57,118 nt of DNA, filler included, from Basidiobolus ranarum (GCA_040143965.1; 5 parts of 5 records of this genome joined end to end with filler, not necessarily neighbours in it), one strand, 5' to 3'. Shown: positions 1 through 11,383, numbered from the whole stretch's first letter. Numbers and translations: made by a program. Notes: generated by a model not told the origin, from the sequence alone.

Positions 1-164
1 CCATCCAATTTGTCAGAAGAAGGAAAAGTTCCATAGATTTGAGAAGTAGACACTACACAGAGTGCAAGCTTGGGGCTCATAGCCTGTTAAAGTACTTGGG
101 AGCCTGTTGGAAGTGGTTTGGAGAATTAGAGGATTTGGTGGTTTTCACTTATTGAGTTGACATT

Positions 165-420
165 TTTAGTTTTGTCAAGATGTAAGCAAACTAACTTGCA
201 GAATGTGTTAAGGACGGTCCCAGGAACATGTGTGCAAAGTTTGGGGCTTCTAGCACAAGTTTGAAAAATCTATATATCTGAGCACTTCTAAGTAGGTAAA
301 AATACTCTAAGTAAATTCAGATTGAGAATAATTGATAATATCTTAGTGAATTATAAGATAACTAAGTACTAAGTTATGTATGACTATATAGGTGTTTAGG
401 CAAAGCTAATTTCAACATTG
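165..420 (+). repeat. Dispersed repeat family R1 (probable non-autonomous transposon fragment), copy 1
   Basis: Aligns by eye with 46005-46250 (+) and 11304-11383 (-). Shared core: ataactaa.tactaag.tat.tatgactatataggtgtttaggca..ctaatttcaa. Confidence 0.8.
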
Positions 421-630
421 TATACATTAAAAACAAGGTAGCAATCTCTTCAACATGTTGTAAGCTTGTTTATTGATATCACAAATACAATATGGCTCCA
501 CACAAGCCCTTCTAGAAGGAGATACCTGAAATCATGATTCTTTTAGTAGTTAAGTATAAATTGGCAATCAGAGCAACCAAAGCTGCTAACCACAAAAACT
601 TAACCGCACTCTCTTATCGCTACACTTCAA

Positions 631-1263
631 ATGGGACTGGTGTGGGTGTACAACTTGGTATCGGATCTTAGCATAATGCTATATATCACGCTCACAATGC
701 TAGGCTTTGGCGGTCAAGCAAACTTAAAAATGGTACCTATAATGATTGTCTTTATCCCACTTTATCTATGTATATTTGAGAAGGCTGTCAAATGTATCAA
801 AGGCGATGAAGGTTTGATGTTGCACAGGAAGAACATTCTTTGCGCTGTGTTCACGAGCGATATTGAATGGGGCATTAACAAAGTGAGATCATTACTATTA
901 GAATTGATCGCTATTGCATTCCTGGCGATCACAGCATATATTGGACATTACAAACCTAATGTACTTGTTTTGGTTGCGGTGTACCGACTATACTGTATTA
1001 GCAGTTATAAGCCTATAATACTCAACAAAGACAATCTCGAAAGGTTTGGTGATTTGGATATAACGCTTAAATTTACGGATTACTTTCGTTGCAGAAGTTT
1101 ATGCCGGCATCTAAAGCAAATCTGCGAGCTAGTTCCAGATGGCTCAATGATCACACAAGACCTAAAGGACGCATACCCAAACGTCAAGTTTTATCTTATT
1201 GAAAAGTATAGTGTGGCACAACTAAACCATCTCAAAGATATTATCTTTGAAGAAAATTTTTAA
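631..1263 (+). CDS. Hypothetical intronless 210-aa protein with several hydrophobic, TM-like segments
   Basis: ATG-initiated 633-bp ORF in AT-rich DNA with hydrophobic stretches in the N-terminal half. No family motif recognised. Confidence 0.4.
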   Translation: MGLVWVYNLVSDLSIMLYITLTMLGFGGQANLKMVPIMIVFIPLYLCIFEKAVKCIKGDEGLMLHRKNILCAVFTSDIEWGINKVRSLLLELIAIAFLAITAYIGHYKPNVLVLVAVYRLYCISSYKPIILNKDNLERFGDLDITLKFTDYFRCRSLCRHLKQICELVPDGSMITQDLKDAYPNVKFYLIEKYSVAQLNHLKDIIFEENF

Positions 1264-2351
1264 TTCTTAGGGTTAGCTACTTCCCCATACTCACACCTAA
1301 AGTTTTAGCTTATTCGCCAGAGACCGTCGTCACCGTTCTTCTAGTCCATTCACCAATTAAAATTAACTCACCCGGACTTGGTACACTTGAAGCAATGTAA
1401 GGGTACCGATAACAAATCCTCGTAGAACTGTTTACAATCTCTTAAGAGATATAAATGAGAATTCTTGGTACCCATCCTACCACTAATAGTCAATATCATC
1501 ACCAGATGCTGCCGATTTTTGTCTTATTCCGGTTAATGGTCTCTTTGCGTTAAGATGTAGCGGGAAGTACATACCTATGCATATGTGCTACTGCCAAAGA
1601 GTGTAGAAGTTACTTCGGTTTAAGCCGTAAATCAGCGGTTGGAGCATTGAAGAGAACTGGAAAGTAAACTGAAGAGCTTATGCAATCATATTTACGTCAC
1701 AGATGGAAGTGAACACCGTAGTTGGTGCATGTTATTGCTCAAGTAAAGTTATACTTTAGCCCACTTCATAGTGATACCACTGCTCATCTTATCATGACGA
1801 CGATGTGTTAATTGTTTAGTTCATAGGCATAGAGGTTACTCATGTCATCTACTATATGGAATAGCTATCCTTTGTAAATTGTGGAACTGTTATCCTTTTC
1901 AGATTTCAAATAGGTATCCGGATAAATTTCGGAAGTAATATTCAAGAGCAGCAATCTTCCATTCAGCAGTGCTTTTAGAGCAACAGATTCTCCCAATATA
2001 TGATGATAAACACTGAATTCGCTGGATTAACTCAGGCAACAAGGCTAAGTAGCATGCTTGCGTAACTTATTACTGAAGTATGGAATGATATTCTGCACTG
2101 GTTAGAGTAGTTTCATTTTTATCCTGTTACAGAAGAAACATAGCCTTATACAATATGGTTATCATAATGACAAATGGAATCAAGTGTTCAATTTTTGCCC
2201 AACAAGTTGTTCACTAAGAGACCAGAGCTCGCGGGCATTTGCTTCAAAATTTCGAAACACAAATCTGGGTTATGTTCAAGCATGAACTTGGAGTGACGGT
2301 CACTTTACTAGCCAACCAGCAATGATGGGAAAATGAGGCAGAATGTGAAAA

Positions 2352-2640
2352 TATAGAGCAGTGGGCACTTTTGTTTGTTGATTGTATGCATATAGACAGA
2401 ATGTCATTATTTTTGATTATTGATTATGTACCCACCACACTCTCATGCAAGCATTCATTCTTGCGCCTAAGCCACTAACCTTGCACCTTGTCACAAATGA
2501 ATCTGTCAAATCCACTATATTCAGATGAACTAAGCCACAACCTGAGCAAACATATGAGATAAGTGAACAAAGATATTGCAGATAAATTATGTAATTCATT
2601 GCTGTAACTTGTCAGTTTTTTTAAGAGTACAAGCTTGGAG
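2352..2640 (+). repeat. Dispersed ~290-bp repeat R2, copy 1
   Basis: Colinear with 22244-22545. Both copies start TATAGAGCAGTGGGCACTTTTGTTT and share e.g. cacactctcatg, gcattcattcttg and aattcattgctgtaact. Confidence 0.85.
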
Positions 2641-2649
2641 AATTCCATC

Positions 2650-3938
2650 ACCAGCCACTTGGATAAAAAAGCAGTATAGGGAACCATTATTGACCTCACA
2701 TCAGAGGCCATGACACCACAAGGAAAAAGTAAGTCAACGAAGTTTAGAGGTATGATGTACACAGATGGTGTAGGTGTGTCATGGAACCACAATACAAAGA
2801 AGAAGGGTGGCAGTGGTGGTGCAAAGCCAAAGTCTCTTGCTTCAGCAGAGGAGTTTCAGCATGTGGAAAAGTTGGGAAGAGAGGAGTTGAAGGTCAGGGT
2901 TGGCTAATGTGTGCTACTTGATCCTGGACGTCGCAACTTACTGTACTGTACGCACGAAGAAAGTACTGCTGAACACAAAATGGTTTACCGATATACAAGC
3001 AACCAAAAAGCAATTGAAACAAAATATAGAAAATTCAGGAAGCTCAGAGAGAACTTAAAAACAAACCAAGTCATCACAGCTGAGTGTTCTCTATCGCATT
3101 TGAAATCTTCAACTGCCAACAAAGACAAGTTTGCTAAGTATCTTCCAGAAAAAGCCAAAGTCACTTTGGTCATGAGAGCATGTTACTCAAATGAAGATCA
3201 CCCTGCAGGAGAAGACCGGCGTACCAGCGGTTTGTTACCTTTTAGAAAAATGAAGCTCTCAAGTTTCATTAGCCAACTACAATCAGACAAATGGCTTGTC
3301 AAGAATCTTCGAGAGAAGTTTGGTAAGGATACTATATTAATACTTGGTGACTGGTCAGCTGGAAATGAAAGTATCATGAGCCCAATAGAGGCGTCGGAAG
3401 GAGAAAAATGTTAGCCAAAGAAGGCTTCTAGCTACACTCCTTGACGAGTTTAAAATTTCAAGCCTACTGGTCAGAATGGTGAACTGGAAAAGTCTCAAAA
3501 AGTCCAAAATCCTAGATTATACAAAAGAGAAAAGTAACCTATTGTGTATCGTCACGGCCTTTTAAGGTAAATGCTTTTTATATGCAAGTAAAAAATTCAA
3601 ACCTAATTTCTGTTCAGGTGTAAAAACCAACAGTGTTTGAAGGTCGTGACCAATACTACTGAAGATTCTCCCCTTTGTCTTTGGCTGCTACTTTGAACTT
3701 TAGACATATCCTTTTTAACTTGCGCTCAAATGGGTAAACAACTGGGGAAAGACCAGAACGGTTTTGCCAGAACCTCTCTCCACCGGGTATAAAAGAAAGG
3801 ATATCTCGTCAGCTAGCAGCAGTCGACCAACTCAAAAAGCAAACAATCCTGTGTGGTTATTGCTACACTAAACATTCGATAGAGTAAGTTTCTTTTACCA
3901 TGTGTCTGAGCTTATCTCCAACTTTTTGCGATGGTCCC
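2650..3938 (+). mobile_element. Degenerate Fanzor1 (eukaryotic TnpB/OMEGA RuvC nuclease) element, 5'-truncated pseudogene
   Basis: Translation across frameshifts: ..FRGMMYTDGVGVS..VG*CVLLDPGRRNLLYC (RuvC-I DPG 2920-2928)..FRKMKLSSFI..LILGDWS (3346-3357)..KYHEP.RG.G.RKML.KEGF..LDEFK.SS (RuvC-II, 3443-3451)..NPR..HGLLR/intron 3567-3617/CKNQQC..LW(NRD missing)LAATLNFRHIL..ERPERF. In-frame stops at 2677, 2905, 3429 and 3535. Confidence 0.85.
3845..3938 (+). ncRNA. Candidate Fanzor omegaRNA scaffold and element 3' end
   Basis: Lies directly downstream of the Fanzor coding relic. Contains hairpins GTGTGGT-TATT-GCTACAC (3851-3868) and GTAAG-TTTCT-TTTAC (3884-3898), then ..AACTTTTTGCGATGGTCCC before an AT-rich flank. 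The boundary is inferred. Confidence 0.35.
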
Positions 3939-4420
3939 ATTGATTTTTTTAGTTCCTCTCATTTTAGATTAAAACACTGTATTTAGCCTTGAATGACGTA
4001 CCATTTGAGACTTGCTGGTTTTTATGCTACATCATAAATGAAAGGTTTATTCACAGTTGGATAGAAGAGAACAATGAGTAGCAACAACATCTAGGCACAG
4101 TGGTTAATTTGATGGTATCTTAATCGTCAAAGGTATATAATCAAAGGTAGGTAGATCATTTTAGTTAACAAGTAAAGACTCTACGTAAGCGTACGTTAAG
4201 TACACAAATTGAAAGAAGTGTAACAGAAAGATCAAAGAGAAAGAAGTATACAACAAAGTGAGTGGATAGAAAGAATCCACAGGAGAAAAAAAGTTTGGAT
4301 ATTACACAAAAGAGAGATGGTCCAAAGGAAAAATATGAATATACTTGGTTACATCTCATTTTTCATATGAACCGACTTTACAGAAGAATATACCGATAGA
4401 AGAGCAAGGCGGATAGTTTG

Positions 4421-5269
4421 TTAAACATGAGTGACAGAAACAATAGCACCTAATGAGGAATTTCTTCGTCTGTTCGAGGTAGTAAAACCGATGGCTTCTA
4501 CCTCTTCTTGAACTGGAGATAACTTTACGGGGTCCGAGCCACTTCTCAATCTAAAAGCTTTATTACGTCCAAAAGTCTGACTGACGCTGTCCAGCAGATC
4601 CTGCATACTTCCACGACGTACTTTTCTCCTTCCAGCATTTTCTGAAATAGTAGGCTTCGAAGGAAACTCTGATTCTAATGGTGAGAGTGGTGGAGAAACA
4701 TACTTATCACTATTATCAAGGATGGATTCTACCGAAGGGTTTTGTAGCAACCGAGCGATGTCGTGAAAATGCTTAGCTAGGGCAATAGATAAAGGAGTAC
4801 TACCATATTTATCAGGAATATCGGCAAATGCCCCATAGCTTAGCAAAAGCACAACTGTACGCATACAACCATTGGCACAAGCATAGTGTAAAGGCGTACT
4901 CCCATTTCCAGTAGTATTGATTCCTACTCCACAATCGGCTGACTCTCCGCTATAGCGACGAGAGAATCTATCAGGGGTGAGGATAAGTATAATTGACGTA
5001 AAGAAAATCTGCAATATCATTTACCTTCTAGCGTTGACATCAGCGCCTCTGTCAATTAGATATTTAACTACTGCAGGATTACCGCTACAACAAGCAGCGT
5101 GAATGGGGAGAACACCATTTACTACTGAATTTATGCTTTGACCGTGGTCCAAAGCAAATTTGACCAGACCTAAGTTACCACTAGCTGCGCCAGAGTGAAG
5201 GCCCAAATTGAGAAAAGGCCTAGTTTTCGGTTTGTTTGGTTTAAATACAGGTTTACTGAGTTTGTTCAT
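4421..5269 (-). CDS. Ankyrin-repeat protein (2 exons)
   Basis: Ankyrin motifs LHSGAASGNLGLVKFAL, PIHAACCSGNPAVVKYLIDRGADVN, TPLHYACANG and TPLSIA. A GT-AG intron at 5024-4968 joins the two ORFs in frame. Confidence 0.85.
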
Positions 5270-6528
5270 TTCAAAAGGTGTGAGCAATGGATATGTGAGG
5301 TATAAAAAAGAGATAAAGAGACGAGGAGAGGAGAGGCAAACAGATAGTTAAGAGGAAACGAATCAACACAAAAGGGAAGTCAAAAAAAGAGATTTGAATG
5401 GGATAGTTAATGAAATGATTCAATTAGGACTGCCATAAATTTCTTTTCCAAGTGGATGAACTCATTTTCCTACAAACTGGTTTTCGCTACCTAATATGTA
5501 TTTATCTAGCGGGCGGATAAGCTATATTTGTAAGATTAATCGACCGGAATCGATTAATCTTATTCTCAGACAGGTCTATAATTGAACTACAGCATCATGT
5601 GATGATCAAACAGAGCTATTTCTAGATACGAGCTTGGTATATTTAGTGACAGCTTAAAAAAGCATCAGCCCCATCAATTGATCATATCTCGACTCGGTCA
5701 AATCGACTAATGCGTAAACTTAAACACCTCTTTCCCAACGGAAATTCACTTGACCCCATTATAGACGCCAACTCCATTCTCGAAGATACTTTTTTCAGCG
5801 GCATTAACCATATTAATGTAATGGTGGACTGCAGAAGGCTATGTGACGCTTCTAAGAGTATTCAGTTAACTAGGAATTGTGCCTAATCTGATTGTGAGCA
5901 TTAAAGCAGTAAAGCGTGGCTAATTTCGTATTCATATTTTATTACAAATCGCTTTACCAGTCACCATTTACTACAGGCGGCTATCATTTGGATCAGGTTT
6001 TATTACTCAGCGAACAATTGGAAGCAAAGCAAGCGGGTAAAGCAATCGAGCAGTAATGTCCAATATTTGCGAGTAAAGTCTCGGTAAAAGCAATTGTATT
6101 ATCGACTTCGTCTCCGATTGTAGCCGTGATTAGATAAAGCTAAATTACAAGGTGAATAAATATCGAGAAGATCCCAAGTGACATGCTTTATTCGTTACAG
6201 TTTCACATGGTTTAGGGTTAGGGTAAACAACAACGCTAGATCAACATTGAGTGATGACGTTGAGCGGGGGGTAGGATATATGGATGGATATATGGATGAG
6301 CTCACCCATTTAAGTGGACATTCACAATGCGATCCAGTCACAAAGCGATTTCTCTGTCTGAGTGTGCCTTCCTGTCTTCACATGAAATTCATTTACCATT
6401 CTTTCGTCATTATTCTCCTCTTTTTTGGCTCCGGCAACTAGTATATATTTCCACTGGAGCCCCATTGAATTGTAGACAACAAATAACTCTAAGCCACTTT
6501 TATTTATATCTGCTATCTCCCCGCATCA

Positions 6529-7373
6529 ATGGACATTTCTGAAAGCCAAGGTAAAAGCACTATCCTTTAGACTCTGGTTGGAGGATATTCACACTCTATA
6601 ATTGTAGGTTACGATTCATCTGATTCTCTTAAAAAAGATCAACGGCCTTCCGCGCTGGACAAACATGTGGAATTCTTTGACCGAGACGGCGACGGTGTTA
6701 TAGCCCCTTGGGACACTTTCTTTGGTACAGTACATTTCAGTTCATTCCCTTTTTCGACTTGACGTTAACATGCTCGTAGCCATCAGATCTTTAGGCTCAA
6801 ATATCATTGTAACGGCTATAGCTACAATCGTGTTACATGTGCTGTTCAGCTGGGTCACCCAAGATGGTTGGCTTCCTAGTCCCTTCTTTTACATCTACGT
6901 AAAAAACATACGAAGAGGAAAATACGGCTCTGACTCGGGGGTTTATGACGAAGAAGGACGCCTTGCCAAAAATAAATTCGAAGAAATATTTCAAAAATTC
7001 GATACAGAAAAGAAAGGGGCACTTACACTTACTCAGTGCTACCACTGGACCGAATCCTCTCGTCGTATGCTCGATCCCGTTGGATGGTAAGTTTCTGTAA
7101 CATGCAGAGTATATCACTTGTAGAGATGGAAGTAACAGAGCTTTTGAAAATCCTAGGGCCATTGCCAAGATTAAGTTTGGACTGCTGTGGTTGATTGCTT
7201 CACGTAATGGCCTTGTCACTCGGGAAACTTTAGAAAGCATGTATGACGGTACATTGTTTGAAAAAATGGCTGCTGGTGACGCTAGACCAAGTTACGCTGA
7301 GATCACACGCAGTTACGGACCGCAGGAGTCTCAAGTTCGTCATAGAAATGGAGCCGCTCAGAACGATCAGTAA
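6529..7373 (+). CDS. Caleosin/peroxygenase family protein (4 exons)
   Basis: Exons 6529-6550, 6608-6724, 6780-7086, 7157-7373. Motifs LDKHVEFFDRDGDGVI (EF hand), hydrophobic segment plus WLPSPFF, GSDSGVYDEEGR, DPVGW and MYDGTLF. Confidence 0.9.
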
Positions 7374-7793
7374 ACCAGCAATACTTGGTCGTATCATGGT
7401 ATCTCATGTCCCCTCTTTATGTATCATTTATCTGACATCTCGCCATCCACACATTCATAACTATCTGAAATAAACCATACTCAACCCGCTGATTTCTTTA
7501 TTGTATTGATTAATTTGATGTTAAATCGACGTATATATATATATTAGGATTAAGTGCTAGTCACAAGACTGCAAAATACTTTTATCCATACCATGACATG
7601 GCATTGGTGGCGTAATTATTATTGGAAAGTTTCGAGGGATTTTACTAATTCTTCCAGTTTTCTATGATTATGATCGAGAAATCCATCATTAATCTTCATG
7701 ATATCATAGACCTCTACTATAACCTTTCATGTACATCTTTAACTCACCTTAGTATTTCTTTCTCTCTAACTTACCGGAACATAATAACAAATC

Positions 7794-8921
7794 ATGTCAG
7801 ACGGTTCGGAACTTTTTGATTCTTACGAGCAAGAATACTCCGTCTTGAGAGAGAGTCTCTTAAAAAAGCTTAGTTCCCAGATCCCTACTCTTACTGGAGG
7901 TATTTATCTCTTTATTTGAAAGAGGCTTTACTTTTTAGTTATTCCAATGCTGAGCAGTCTCCTATCTATATTTTCCATGTAATAGAGGAGAAAAAGTCCG
8001 TAATCAGAGCTGCCGAACGTGAGTTAGAAGAGGCAGATGAGATCGTAAGAAACCCTTGACCCATTTAACCGAGTCTAGTTCTTCCATGCTTATATATGTT
8101 CGCATTTAAGGTAGAACAGATGGAGATGGAGCTCTACAATCTTCCACAATCTTCACGTACACGCTTACAGGCCAACCTACGTACGTATAAAGCCGAGATG
8201 AATCAGTTTAAAAAAGATTTGGTAAGAGCGAAAGGACAAGATAGAAGATTGGTAAAACAAGAGTGATAATAATCCATTATATTACTATAGAGAAGTGCGG
8301 TTTCTAATTCTGGTGAAAGGGAAGAATTACTTGGTGATCATACTGTGTTGGATTTAGATTCAACTAGTATGGACCAACGAGCTCGACTTTTATCTGGAAC
8401 TGATAGATTACAGGATTCTTCACGTAAACTTCAAGATTCTCATCGTTTGGCTTTGGAAACGGGTAAAGTCTAAAGAAACAAAATTTGTTGGAATTCTTAA
8501 TATACACATACTTATCTCATTAAACCCTCCCCCGTCCCCCTATTTAGAATCACTTGGAGTGGGTATTTTGGGTGATCTTAGATCCCAAAGAGAGCAGATT
8601 CAGCATACTAGGGATACGGTAAATTCATCATGAACATTTCTTTAATCTAAAGAGATTACTCAAGTTTGTCCTTCCATTCTTGGAAATGATGATTTAGCTA
8701 TTTGAAGCAGATTCTTCGGTTGATCGTGCCACAAGAACACTTAAATCGATGGCTAGTAGGTAAGTGAACAACATTAAATTCAAGTCCAAAATTCATGCTT
8801 TTCTTTACTCATCTATTGAATACAAATTAGAATGATGACGAATAAATTAATTAGTGCAGCGATTATTTTGTTGTTGATAATGATCATCTGCTTCATTGTC
8901 TACATGAAATTCTTCCGTTAA
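7794..8921 (+). CDS. VTI1: Vesicle transport Qb-SNARE Vti1 (7 short exons, absent from the ORF track)
   Basis: Spliced translation MSDGSELFDSYEQEY..ELEEADEI/VEQMEMEL..DQRARLLSGTDRL..RLALET/ESLGVGILGDLRSQREQI..R/MMTNKLISAAIILLLIMIICFIVYMKFFR*. All introns are GT-AG and there is a C-terminal TM anchor. Confidence 0.92.
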
Positions 8922-9085
8922 TCAACTCTCGTATTCTCCCTAACCTGCTCGGCTCTTTCCTTAAAAGCATTCCTTTATGAGATTTTTATTATTTAATAAA
9001 GCGTCGCATTGCAATCCTGATATATTAGAGATGGTATTAGGGTTGGGATTAGGGTTAAGGCTGAAGAGTAAAAATAATATCTGGT

Positions 9086-10342
9086 TTATGAATGAATGAC
9101 GAAAGTATCACAATCATTCGATTGATCCAAGTAGTAAAAATTAAAGTTAGAGAGGGTGTTAGAGGGTAATTCCGGGACTTCGCAATAAGTTGGTAATTCA
9201 ATCTGTTCTGCAGAGATATCCAATAAATGTACTTTCAATTCTATCTCTGTCAAACTTTGAACCAGTTCTGCGGTATCTTTGTTGGCAATATTTTTATCAA
9301 AGAACATGTTAAATCCGTCCGTCCATTCTGAAAATTGTGTCTCTACTGGTGTGTAATATTCCGTCAATGTAATATCTGGCCCATACATCAACGAAAAGTT
9401 GTGAACATTACTCATCCCAGGGATTCCTCCAACCACCACAGTGGACGGTTTACGAATAAGTGAATTAGCTGCAGAGCCAGTGACGATACTCGTTACAAGA
9501 GATAAGTCGACTGAATGAAATTATAGAATAATTATCTTCGTATACCATAGCTCGTGGAGTTTAATACTATGAAAAATTTTACCTTTCTCTGGTAGCTGCT
9601 CTAGAGTTAGCTTGCCTGGCAAAATGTTACCAGACTCAGCATAGTGTAGATGTTTTCGGTTTGGGGAAAGTTTATAATAACGATACGTCGGTTTCCCTTT
9701 GGTTTTTATCGGAGTCGAATTAAACTAAGCTCCATTCAGAAGACAACTGATCCTCTTCTCTTTAACGAATTGGTAGCTCTCTTTGTATAAGCGTTCTCTC
9801 AAATTTCTAACCACAATGAAATATCCCAATGAGAAACGGGATCAATATTGAATCTGACCAAGTATCAAAAGGGCACGACGTTGGAAATCTTACCTTACTG
9901 CTAGTTTAGACAGAAAATCATCCTCCTGTTCCAACTCTTCGAGTTGTCGCTCTCTAACTACGTGATAAGGTACTTCCAACATAGATTGCTCAAATTGATA
10001 TAGGTAAATTTGCGGTTCATCTTTTAGTGTGAAGAAGATTTGTGATCTGATCAAAACCGAAACCTTCGCAAAATCGGTGAACGTAGCTTTCATCTCAGTC
10101 CACATACGAAAGAAAGCTTTCACCGTGATATCATGAACGTTATCAAATACTAACAGAAGAGGCTGAACCGCGGTTGTATCTTAAATGAAAACAAGTTTAT
10201 ATTATTCATAGCTTCGAGATTTCAACAACGTCGTAAGAAATACTTACAACTAACATTAATGTTCCAATAGTCGCATAATAGCTCTATTACCTCAATACAC
10301 ATCTTCGCGAAAGGACAGCAATGTTCAAAATGTCTGTTAGCT
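9086..10342 (-). pseudogene. ELMO/CED-12 family protein, C-terminal part (end of ELMO domain plus PH domain), 5'-truncated with an in-frame stop
   Basis: CPFAKMCIEVIELLCDYW/..AFFRMWTEMKAT..DFAKVS..RERQLEELEQEDD..R/NLRERLYKESYQFVKEKRISCLLNGA*F..YYKLSPNRKHLHY..LPEK. TAG at 9725-9727 sits where Trp is expected. Similarity stops at ~10342. Confidence 0.75.
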
Positions 10343-11303
10343 AAGAAGCCAAGTAAACGACCCTTTGAAACTTCTTGATAGGCATTTCTGTCCGGATCAA
10401 AAGAGTTGATTGCTTGTGTATAGACCTGTCTACATGAGTCATAAACTTACATCAAAGCCAACCATATGTCAATCTGAAGATAAGGTGTCGGTATGGAAGC
10501 AGCTTCCCATATGAAGTTTAGCATCTCACCCTGCTTTGGATAGTTGAAAGGATTGCTTCTTTTTTTCCTATTCAAATCCCTAATGAACAAGCATTGGAGC
10601 TCTGGGAAATGCTTGAGAATTTCTCCATCTGAGCTTGACTGCATTATACCCAACTTTAATTGCCTCTTCAAGCTCAGAGAATGCTTTGACCCCTCAGCCA
10701 ACTCTACCCAAGAAGCCTTCTTTTGCAGAAAGTACTAAGAGACATGCTAAGACAGGCTCAAATGATGAGATTGAAGGAATGATAACTACAATGAAGAAAT
10801 GCCTAGGTATCAAGCCTCCCTACACAAGAACTAAACTAGAAACTAGCCATAATGTCTGCCAAGATTACTGCAAGATATTCATAAGCAACCAATCAAACAA
10901 GGTAAATATATTTCATATTAGCTGAGATTTTGACTTTATTAGGAAAAATACTATTGAAATCACTGTCATTGCTTCATATGCTCATTTCTTTGTAACTCAA
11001 GTGCAAAAGTATCCCTTCTTGAAAATAATTACAAAGGTTGATCTCTCAAAATCAATGTATCCTGCAGCTTCTCCCCACATGGCAGATGAAATCAGAGCAG
11101 TGTTTGTTAAATAAATCCATGAAGTTTGTTTATATTTTGGTTATTTGTTTGTTGATAGTGTCTGCTATTTGTGGTTATAGAGCACATGACAATAAAACTA
11201 CCAGGAACTGTGATGATAGCATTACCGAGGCAATATAGAGTGATGATCATGCTTTCGGATGTTATAAGAAGAAGCATACCACAGAGCAATTTAATGGTTA
11301 TTA

Positions 11304-11383
11304 TTGTTGAAATTAGCATTGCCTAAACACCTATATAGTCATATATAGCTTAGTATTTAGTTATCCTATATTGGGCAAAGATA
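11304..11383 (-). repeat. Dispersed repeat R1, copy 2 (cut by contig end)
   Basis: The reverse complement reads ..ataactaaatactaagctatatatgactatataggtgtttaggcaatgctaatttcaac, matching 358-417. Confidence 0.8.

Noticed and set aside
9036-9060. TTAGGG-like run as a telomere
   Set aside because: It is short, degenerate and internal, lying between two convergent genes.
10447-11319. Short ORFs upstream of the ELMO fragment as genes
   Set aside because: They have no recognisable motifs and overlap on both strands next to repeat R1. They are probably decayed repeat DNA that I cannot classify.
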